64,000 nucleotides of DNA from an uncultured virus (IMG/VR IMGVR_UViG_3300035662_000013) (taxonomy: Duplodnaviria; Heunggongvirae; Uroviricota; Caudoviricetes), in IMG/VR virus record IMGVR_UViG_3300035662_000013; one strand, given 5' to 3'. Positions 19,001 to 31,000 of this stretch are shown piece after piece. A program made the translations under genes and the position numbers. Position 1 is the stretch's first letter; each line of letters starts with the position of its first letter. The notes below the pieces were generated by a model. It had not been told where the DNA came from and ran no database searches. It saw only the letters and a list, made by a program, of their open reading frames with translations.

Positions 19001-22000
19001 TCTTGGCTCCCACTGATTAGTAGTCTTATTTAAAGTATTATAGTTTTCAATATCTCTAGTACCAACGCCAGCGAAGTTCTTTGTGAGCATAGGAGTGCTT
19101 GTTGGGACAAACTTTCCTACAATCTTATCATCTTTTCGCATTTCCGGAACAAACCGCATCCATTGCTCAGAGGTTACATCCCATACATATACTGGCTTTC
19201 CTAATTGAACTCCTAATTGAACTGCAGTGTTTGTTCCGCCGAACACAGTTCCAGAATTAAATTTGGCATCTCCAGATATTTTTGCTATTGCAAATACAGC
19301 ATCTGCATTAGACACTTGATAATAATTTCTTACTTGCAGGTTGCCTTCTTTTGTATCCGGGTATTTCTTGCCTAGCAATTTCTCTATCTCAGTTCTAGCT
19401 TTATCCATCTGTTCCGTTGTAAGAACAGTGGCTTCAACTTTCTTATTTCTAAGCGCTTGAGATAAAGACTTATTATCTTCTTGTCTGTAATGCCTATTAT
19501 CAGTTACACCATATTCTCTACCAATTTGATCCCAGAAGGTGTCAGCACCATAAGCGCCACCAGAATGATTAGTGAATTCAGATGCAATCGAAATTGATTT
19601 AGCAGTAGACTTTTGATTAAACGTAACAATATACCTATTATCTGATTGACTAAAATTATTATTCTTTCTTATCTCTGTATATCCACTAAATCCAGCCTCT
19701 CTTACCATTTCAAAGAACTTATTCATAAGCTCTATTTTTTCTGGTGTTCCATTATTCAATATATCAAATGGAGATCCATATTTTTCCTGAAATGCTTTAT
19801 ATATCTTATCATAGGCCTCTGTATAGACAGACGTCCCATTGGGTAGTAATTCTGTTTTAAATAAGAAGTTATTTAGGCTTATTCGTTTTTTAGAAACATT
19901 ACTTCCATAATCCCTGGCCTCCTCTTCTGATGTGGAATAGAAATTATATTCTCTATTGTCTGCTACATCAGACTTTCTTCCTTGATATCCAGTAAGCGTG
20001 CTAGATTCGTTAATATTAGTTAAATCCTGTTCGCCTTCTGCTTCTGTAGTAAGATCTGCGTTTAATTCATCTCTAACCTCCATAAGAAGTCGAGGAAATT
20101 CAGTACTCCACTTGCCTTTATCTTGCGTATGAGTAAGTATTGCGTTCCCAGTTGCTAATAATTCTTGAAGTGCATCAGGGTTTTGTTTAAATGATTCTAG
20201 CAATAACTCTTTCATGATAGAAGAAGAGGCTTTATTCCATCTATCTACGTCCAAATGTTTAAATTGTCTTCCCAGGGCTTTGGCCTCAGCAGGGTTTTTA
20301 CTGTTCTGTATTTGTCCAGCCAGTTTCCAATTGAACTCATCATCCTCTTTTGACATCTCATTCCCAAAGCCTCCACCAGACAGCATTTGCGGCTGCCAGC
20401 TACCATCATCTCTTACATTTCCAGTATACGTGTATTTGGCTAATTGGAACGCTTGCTCTACGCTAGTAAAGCTGATATCTCCCTTAATCATATTCAGCCT
20501 AGAGGATCCTGTTGGCAAAGTAAATGGTCTTATTGCGAGATTACTTAAGTTTGCATTTTCTCCAGTACCAGCGTATATGTTAATGCTTCTAGCATTATTG
20601 CTAGGTTGCATTTCTACTTTCCTAATAAATTGTCCTAGATAGGCCTCTGCGCTTGTTTTAAGCTCTTCTAAGGCACTTTCTCTATCTTCCTGGGCAATTG
20701 TATTATCCGGTAAATTGAGTTCGTTAAAACGGCTTAAAATGCCTCTAGCGAATTCCTCCCTCATTGAGGCTATCCTTGCGCTATCTGTAATTCCAGCATC
20801 TTCTATAGCATTATCTAAATAAGACATAGAATAACTATTGTTATCTATTGCATTAGTCACTGCTTTATCTACTGTGCTAGCACCTAAGCTCTCAACGAAC
20901 TTATCTTCAAGACCCATAAACATATCAAACCAGCTTACTTTATCAAATCCAGCCTCTTTCGAGAATATAGATGAATTTATATTTGACTGTGGAAGTTCGT
21001 TTGTCTTTATTACAGAAGTCTTTGAATTAGACTCTATAAGTGCAAGACCAGATGCTTTGCTACCTTTTTTGTCAACAGCAACATATACTGGTTTAATAGA
21101 CACATCGCCTTTAGCATTAGACCTTGTCGAGTTTCCTATGTATTTATATAGTATTTCAAACTGTCTTCCATTGGTGCCTGTCTTGATTATCTTAACGAAT
21201 GGCTTAAATACTGGATGTTTTCCATCAGATGTAGATCCAATAGGTCTAGCAGCAGTGTCTATAAATTCCAATTCATATTCAATACCAAGCATCTTTTTAG
21301 TCGACATTTTCTTAGGTTTCTGATCTACTAATGGATGCCCATCTTCATCAAATTGACCTTTTCTTACTTTATATGCAGTGGTAGTTGGAACTAGTTCATT
21401 ATCCCACCATCTACTAATGAACAAATCTTCCAAGAATTTAACATCATTTTGAAGCGCTACTCCAGGAGTATGTTCATATGATAATTCATTCAGTTCCGTC
21501 AACACATCATCTATAAAGTCGTATAGTGCAATCTTGATTGGTGCTCCAGTATTAGCATCTACTAACCCTGAATTAATCTCCAGTGAAATTCTATCATCCT
21601 CAGATAATTTAACGTAATTTAATGCGCTATTGTCACCAGTGCTATAAAATTGATATAGTATGAATCTCTTAGCAAAATCCTTAAGCATAACCCTATCTTT
21701 ATTTCTAGATTTAAGTGCGCTTATTTCTTGTTCACTAAGGCCTTCTTGCGATTCATCTTCAAGTATTGGATTTAATAATTCAGAAAAATAGTACTTTATC
21801 TTCTCTTGAATATTTTTATCGTCCTTCGCAGATGAGTCTATAGTAACATGGTCTGGATAAGACTCCTCTGATTTACTATGCATAGTATATGACAATACCT
21901 TCAAGAAGACATTGTTTTCATATCCAGGTAAATGACCGTTATTTATAGCAGACTTGATATGGAATAATTCCTTAGCGACAGTGTCTTCTCCAAAGAACAA

Positions 22001-25000
22001 GCTATTTATATCTATATCGTTTTGTTCTGCATATTTTCTATAAAAAGAATCCTTAATTGCCGTCTCGACATACCTTGATACGCCATGCATGAATTTGCTA
22101 TTGTCAAAACCTTCTCTTCCTGCAAGTATATTTACTTTGTTAAGAATAGATAATACTTGTCTAGAGGTTCTAAATAATAAACCACGACTTATTCCTACTA
22201 TTAACCCAGAGCTATTTCTAAGCCTTGCCATCAATGGTGTAGATTCATAATAGTTTCTTACGCCACTAAATACAGACGTTCCATTATCATCATCCAATAT
22301 CAATGAATTTACTTTTGAAATAAACTCATTATTTGCTATAAATGATTTACCTTGTTTTTTGGTCTCAATTTGAGAGTATTTGACAAGCTCAGATAATTCG
22401 TTAGAATATGGAAGTAATTCTAAATAAGTTTCCATTACCAATATCTGGTGCAATAGATAATCAAAATTAGACAAGTCTTTATTTAGGCCAGACTTTAATT
22501 TAGATCTACTATTAAGTACATCTCCTGTCGGCATATCACGTCTACCATATTTATCTTCAACGAATAAAGATTCTACGTATTGAGCGTTTTTACCACCATC
22601 AATTCTAGCAGCCATAGCTCTATATTTCTGTAGCTTGTCCTTTATTACTTCATGCAACTTCTTAACAGAATCTTTATTTACTTCATATTTGCCATTAAAT
22701 TCTTCAACCTCAGCATAAGCCTCTTTTAAAGATGGTTGTGATAAGAAGTAGAATGCGTTTCCGCCAATACCAGCTCTAAGTAAGAATGCAACCATATTAA
22801 CAGTATGTTCATTAACACCTAGTCGTATGATATATGGATCTTTGGCAACGTCAACGTGAGCATTAATCATGGCAGATAGCCAGTCCAATATACGCATTCC
22901 GTCAGCTCCATATATTCCTCCAAGTTCAAATATTCCGTGTTTAGCGGCTGTCCTTTGTTTTGGATTTATAGTCAGATTAGTCATCTGCGTATAAATATGG
23001 TTTGTATTAGCAAGTGCCATTATACCCAAATTCTTCTTGCCTGTAGAATACTCAACTTTCTTATCTGTTTGATATGAAGGTGATGTAAACATAAGAGCTC
23101 CTCGCTTTTCTCCAGTGCCAGTAACTGAGTCTATGTCTGGAAGAATATCGTCCTTTATTACACTAGTAGTAGCATCTAATGGAAGCCTTGTTTCATGTAT
23201 AGAAGATGGCTCTGTTATTGCAGCCATCATTACATCCAACAATCTATTTTGGATAGCAGCATTTGAATTTACTTGCCATTTAGACTTCTCTGGATTCTTC
23301 TCACTTTTCTTGTTGTCATCAAACTCAACCTTTTCGAATCGACCAGCTGGGTTTTTAGCATAGTTATATCTAGCTAAATACAACTTGTCAACGTCAAAGT
23401 CAGAGCCTGTGAGCGCAGTGAATTCTGTTGGAAGAATTATAGTATCTCCAATTATCTTAGGGATAACATCTATAATCTTTAATGATGATACAGATGACAT
23501 ACCTTGAGTTGGAATACGATATCCTAATGCAGCAGGATCTGAGTCAGGACCGATTATATTATGCATTAAAAGCCAATCTCTTTGCTTAACTGGAGACATC
23601 AACTTAACATCCTCTGGCAAAACATCTTTAAATAATGATAGAGAAACGACACAATCCATGCTTCCGTCAGCATTCATGTAATTTAACTTTCTTCCACCAT
23701 TAAGCTTATATCCTTCGCTAGTTATGCTGTCTGTAAGTGTATTTATACCAAATGTAGACATCTGAATAAATGCACCACCTGGGGTATTGACATCAAGAGT
23801 CTTCTTCATAATAAATGAAACAAGTTTGCTCTCAATCCAATCTCTATCAGCCATGGCCTGAAGTGTTATCCTGCTATTTGGCTCAGCTGCCTTCATAAGG
23901 GTCTCGTAGACATCATCAGTCATATTAGACTTGATTGCCTCTGAATGCAAGAATCCGTATAATTTCTTTTTATCGAAAGTCAATACTCCGCCTTCGTATT
24001 TAATTCCTAATTCATTCTCTACATCATTTCTACCCCTATTAGATATCTCTGTTAATGCATTTGACCATTCCTCTATTAACTGTCTTCCTGTAGCACCTTT
24101 ATTTCCGCCTATTGTTATATTTGAATAAACTTTATCTGACACTATATTGGACATTGCAACTTTTTGAACCTGAGTTGCCAATCCAACCTCCTCTTCCTCG
24201 TGAGCTTCAGTTTCAAGCTGATGTCTAAGGAATTCAAAGTGCTGAATTTCTTCTGTAAACTTATCAAGGTTAGATACATTACCGTCTTTGTCAAAGAAGT
24301 CTATTGGATTATTATTCCCAGACTTAACAGCAGATGAGAATGCGACCATATCTATTTTGCTTGCACCATCTTCTGGATTGTTCATCCTTTCATATAGAGC
24401 TTTATTTGCACCTGTAGCGACAGATCTAAATAAACAGAACATTGCCATCTTGTCTAGTTTTGGAATATTTAACCCATTACTGAACTTATCTCCATAATAT
24501 ATCATCTTAAGCGGATTAAGAGCAAGCTCCATCACTTTTAGATATTTAGCAGAATCTTCCATCCAAGACATATCTTCTGATTCCAATAAATCAAATGCCT
24601 CATTTAAGTCTTCATTCCATCTTCCTAATTTTCTAAGTATATCTCTATACATAACAGGAGATATGAACACAGAAGCGTCTGTTTCATTTACTTTATTATA
24701 TCCAGCAGTCTGAGCATCAACTATATTCATTATCATTTTGATGTCTGATAACTTATTTATCTCGTCCATATTTCCAGAATTAATAGCCTCTAATATTTCA
24801 TTAAAAGTCATATTTAATTCATCGCCATGTCTTTCGTTTACATGAGCAGCAATCATCCTTGATTTTATCTCAGATAAATTAGGAGAAGGTATTTCATTGT
24901 CATTTAACTCAGCAGACACAAATGTGGATCTTCCTGTTTCAGATAAACATGGAGTACCTGTTGATAGTATAGAAGATAACCTTTTTATCTTAGCATCAGG

Positions 25001-28000
25001 ATCTTTATGGAATGCAGGGTCTTTTGAGAATATCTTTTCAAATTCTATTGTAGATATGGATGTGTTCACCATATGCTCAGCAACCATATTGTAAATAGCA
25101 GACGTGTCGGCATAGTCACTAACAAGAGATTCTTTTGAGTTTAAATTAGATTGTTTGATGAAGTAAGCTCTAGTATCTTTAAATATAGATTTATCTAGCT
25201 TCTTATTTTTATAGAATACGCCATTCTTTTTGTGCTGTACAGTTATAGCGCCATTCTTAACAAGCCACTTTAATTCTCTAGATATTGAATTAGCCAAGGT
25301 GGCATTCATTATTTGGAATTTAGTTTCATTTGATGCATTGAATATTTTACTATCCATTTCCTCAAAGAATCTAGTCATCCCATTAATTACTCCATATTGG
25401 TCTATCAATTCCTCTTGATATTCATTTAGATTTACAAATGAGCCGTCGCCTTTTATGTCAATAGAAATTTCATCGAAATGCCTAAATTTCATACCATTAC
25501 CAAGTCCTGAATTCCATTTGCCTTTTGTGGTATATTTATTTGCACCTCTTTGTGAGAATCCGCCGTAGTGATATGTTTGTTCTAGTTTATTTTTATTACC
25601 CATTGCAACCTTCCATGCACTCCAAGCATCCTGCATTGCAAGATATTCTGCCTCAAAGTATCCATTGAATATAGCTACTGTTTTTGTAGGGAATGTGATT
25701 GATTGTCTAACTAGCCCATCTTTCAATGAATTCATATCAACAGCAATAGGAGTTCCTTCTTGTTTAGATACGCTAAATGACGGCATTTTAATGCCAGCAA
25801 ACATGTACCACGATTTCTTATCAGCCATAGTAGGACATAACATATATCCAGAATTAGTGGCTGCCATTTTCATCATATAATCCTCCATAGGAGATAGTGC
25901 AAAGTAATCTCTACCTTTATCTCCAGAATTATCTTCATAGAATTTCAAGAATGTCTTAACCTTTAATCCCTTTGATTCACCTGATTGTAATTGGTCTAGT
26001 ACTATAGAGCCTCCAACAGTAGTTCTGTCTCCTTCGAAAGCTGCTCCTCCAATCCTGCCTGAAGCAAAACTAGATTGCATTACTTTATCCCTGTATTCAG
26101 TGTCAGTAGATATTCTTTCTGCCGTCTCTGTCACATAGTTTGGTAGAGATATCTCATATACCTTGGCTCCATCAGCCCCGGTAGAAGTGGTCTCTGTTAT
26201 ATTTGGATTGGCCTTGAAATACATCATAGCTATAAATCCTGTCGACTTCTGAGACTTGTAGATCTCTTTTCTATCTACCTTCTCTTTCCTGTTTACTATA
26301 AGCTTTCCATCATTCTTAACTAGGTCTGTTATGATGTTGGTAAGAACAAATGATGGGTGTTCTGGTTTTGATTGGGTGATTAAACTAGCTATAGCGTTTT
26401 TTCTAGATGCATTTGGATAAGAATGTTTGATTATCTCATCTATAGTTGCATCGTTTATAGATATGCCTATTTTATTAAATATATCAATATACTCATTAAT
26501 AGCAGCAGTAATTTGCTCGTCAGTAATCTTTTCAGCTTCTAGTGGATTTGTTAATCTACCGGCAAATGATACAAGTGCTTTATGTCTGGCTATTATAGAC
26601 TCGGCATTAGCCTTGTTAAATACTGGCCCATCAACACTATCAGAGAATAAAAATCCAATAGACATCATGTTCTCACCCCATTCTTTTGGCTTAGTTATCT
26701 TGGCAGTTGTAGCCTTTGACTCTATAACCCTAAGTCTTCTGTCGGCTTCAGCCATGTTTCCATTTTTGTCTCCAGTAAATGCTATACTCGCAAAGTCATG
26801 TCTATGACATTTTACTGCGGCAAAGAATGCTGTTTTAAATCTATCGCTAGAATTGTCAAGCTTATCTAATACGCTTCTATAGAATAAATTACCAGATACA
26901 ACACCAAGAGAATATATTTTATTCCTCATCTCGGTGTACGATTTCAAATGACCTAAATCGCTTGCAACTGTAACCCACGACGTGGTCTGGTCGTAGAATA
27001 ATTTAAAGCCAGTTAATGGGTTAAATTTATCTACAACAACACCGTCTGCATTTTTCTCTTTTTGAGGGATAGTCCATAAGAAGAATTTAACCTCCATTGG
27101 AATATTATCAGACTTAGGAACCTTATATGATTCTACTGTATGTTTAGCTATCTCGTTACTTACGATATCTTTATCGTTATCCTCTATTTCGTTTCCATCT
27201 ACATCGAATACAGCTGGGGCTATCCCAAATGAAGATAATTCTTTATTTATTAATGGAACTATTTCCTCATCAAATTTATCCAATATATCTTCATATATTT
27301 TATATTTCAATGTATCTTCCATTCCATTTTCTTCCATATATTCATACTCTGCAAGAATACTATCATATAGTACGTCTTTACTCATATTGCGGATATCAGA
27401 AACTTTTTCAACTCCAGATAATTCTATGAATGAGAATGCTAACCCCTTGGCTACTTCGTATTGCATATCCAATGTATTGATAGCATTGAATCCTTTTGAC
27501 TTCAAAGTTCTAGCAGCTCCATCTACATAGAATCTAGTAAAGAATTTAGATTGCTCAGATTTAGCCTTTGGACCTTTTTTGTTTTTAAATATACCGTATT
27601 CGATATCCTCAAATAATCTATTTATATCAGACTTGTTTGCAGACTTCATTCCAGTAAATAGGTTGGAGAATTTTCTGAATACAGATCTAAGCATCGGTAT
27701 CTTAATGCCGATCTTATTAGTCTCTCTCCATACTCTAAATTCCTCGGCTAAGTATTCCTCTATATCCTTATTTGTAGCATCACTCAATGATGGTATAGTA
27801 CGCCTAACTGAGTCATATATCATCATCCTTCTATTTCTTGGTATTAACCCAAGAGACACAATGTGAAATGCTTCGTGGTAAGCAGTGCCTCTTTCTGCGC
27901 CAGAGAATAGTGTAATAATATTCTTTAAGATGTTAGCTACACCCATAGCAATATCACCGTTCTCCATTTCAATTTCAGTATCACTGATTTCAATAAGAGA

Positions 28001-31000
28001 TGATATCCTTTTTCTAGCCCAAGCTTGTTCGCTATTAGTTAAATTATCTTCCTCTGCATGACTAGTTGACAGTCTTGTAGGACCAACAGCATTTACACCT
28101 AAGTCAGATATTTTATCTACATCGCCACTAGTCCTCTTCTTAAATTTCTTCTTACCAGAAACTTGCTCGCTAGCATCGCTTTTAAGGCCATTTTCAGGCG
28201 ATTCTAGCGACTTTTGAGTGTTAGTTGATGTTTCTACTACATCTGCTTTTTGCGTGTCAGAAACAGGCTCTAAAGCGGCTTCTTTGGCATCTGTCTTTTT
28301 CTTTGCAACTTTCTTGATAGTTGGCTTATCCATTCTATCTGCAAGCTCTACATCATTTAAGAATGTATACGGAGATTCAAAGATATCATCGGCAACGTCA
28401 GATATAAGCTTATCGTATTTAACAATCCAAGCTTCCCAGGTTAAACCTAAGTCCTCTCTCTTAATTTCCATTCCTTCAAAGAACTTAATTGATTTAGCTT
28501 CTGGATTAGATCTGAAGTAGTCGGTGATACCTGAAAACACATCAGCCACCTTTCTATTAGCTCCAGTTTGATTCCATAAGTCATGAGCATTGATAGACCA
28601 GTTAAAGTTATTCTTAATGTAGTCTATTATCTGAGCTTTAATTTCAGGAGATATTCCAGCTGGATTTGATATGTCAAACTTAGCTTCTCCTAGATATAGT
28701 GAATTGCCTTCTACGTAGAATTGCTTTGGAAGCAGGTGGGTCAACATTGGCAAGTCCTTCTTATTAATTTGAGTTCTTTTTCCAAAGTTAACTATCTTAG
28801 ACAATAAGCCTTCTGCTGATATACCTAACCTATTAGACGCACCGTCTCCGGCCAAAACAACATTTCCGTCTCGGTCTAACGCTAACTCACCTTTAGACAT
28901 GTTCCAGTCTATAAGTAGTTTGTATATAAATTCTGCAGTATCTTTATCTTCTGAGAATCTACGTTTATTTAATTTTATCTTTCTTTTAGTTCCAAGTACA
29001 GGGTCAATCTTTACTGCAAACATACTACCAGAGTTCTGTTCATCAGTATCACCTATCACTCCGTCAATTCCAACTACAGTAAAATTACCTCTCCACCCCC
29101 TACCGTAAGCTAAGCTTAATGTATTGTTGTTTATAGTAGAGAAATCTCCATTAAAGCCTTCTATTAGTCCTTTGATTTTAGACAGGCTTCTCTGTACCGG
29201 CTTACCATTCTTTCTGTTTAATTTTATCTTAGCTCTACCTATAGATACGCCAGATACAACTAATTCCTTATTAGAACCATTTGCTAAGCTTTCTGCATAT
29301 AAAGCTATTATCTTATTTCTAAAATCAACTAAATCAGCGATATCCTGTTCGTTGAACTTAGGATACATATTGCCATCAGAATCCTCAAACATGCTATTAA
29401 CTGCTATGTTGTGGAAGCTTATATTCAATGGTCTAACTACGCCATTTTTATCTTTTATTTTAACAAATATTGCAGCCTCGTTCCATGAATTAGGATTATT
29501 GATGTCGAATGGGATATAGTCTCCTGCGTCCTTTCTAGATTGTGGCACTTTATCAAAAGGTATTGTAGATATCTCTATTTCAAATGTAGCGCCTTCTAAG
29601 GCTTTTGGAGTTTTTAACCATTTAATTATTTCTGGATTAGACGTAAATAGTGTATGTGGCAATCTACCAAATCTAACTGAGACTTTATCCTCGTCAATTG
29701 TGCCAGGAGCCTCGTCATCTATATTTACAAAGTCAGAAGAATCCTCTTTCTCCATTGCAATAGATATAGCAGCAGCGCCTTTAACTATTTCTGATATCTC
29801 TTTAGACGCTTCTTTATTCTCTTCTTCCTCAGTCTTTTCTGGCTGATTAAGATCTTCTAAATCTTCATTGATATCGATCTCTTCTTCTTTCTTATATGTT
29901 CCAGCAACAATAGCTTTTACATCATCATTAGAATAGGCTATAACTTCCTCCTCTGATTGTGTACCTTCTGCAAAGTCTGCAGCCGAGTTATAAGCAGCTC
30001 TCCATTGTTTAGGGCTAATTCTATCAATAAGACCTGCAAGTACTGCATTTCCTTTCATAGCATCAGATGCATTAGATACTACATCTACGAATGATGTATA
30101 TCCAAGCTCCATAATAACCTCTAGTACCCCAGTCATTGCTGGTAAGAAGTCTTTGCTTGAATATTGCTTTCCAGTAGCATTCATTTTAGATCCAAGAACA
30201 TCCGTGGCAACATCAGCCAAGTGAGCTAGTCTAGCGTTTAATTTCTCCTTAAGCTCGTCTTGTTTGGATTTTTGTGGAGCAGCTTCTTGTGTGATTGGCT
30301 TATTATTTTCGGTGAATACTCCAAATACATATTGGCCGGGAATAGAAAATATTCCCTCATCGATAAGCATATCTGATATTTCATCCAGCTGCCTTACATT
30401 CCCGAATTTTGATTTAGGGAATGCGAATACAATCATCCTGCTAGCCCCTCTATGGCCGTGTCCAGAATTAATACTGTCCATTTGGCTTTGAATAGATTCT
30501 GTATTCCCAAACAATGATGTTCCATTTAGCCCATTCCTTATATCAAACCCTCTTGAAAGAATTTGTTCTAGCCCGACGATATCTGTTTGGTGAGTTACAT
30601 ATATAAAATTATCTGTATCTATTTTACTTAAGTCCAGCACTGGGTAAATTGTCCCATTATTTGTAATTCCTTGTGTGGGAGCCTGCTCCTCCTGATTATC
30701 TGCGGCCTGTTTAGCAGCCTCCTCCTCTTTATCGTAATCGCTAAATGGATCGAAGTTGTCATCTGCTAACAATTCCTCGGCTCTATTTACTGATGAGTTC
30801 AAGTCGGCCTCAGTTAATGGAGGAATATCTGTCTCGTCTAGTGGTGGAACTTGCTCTGTCTCTACTTCTGGAGCAGACTCTAGGCTTTCGTATTCAACTA
30901 TTTCAGGAGCAGATGGTATTTCCCACTTTGGCTCTAATGATTCCAATTCAACTACAATAGGTTCTACAACAGGCTCGGCTACTACAGTTGTTTCTGGCTT

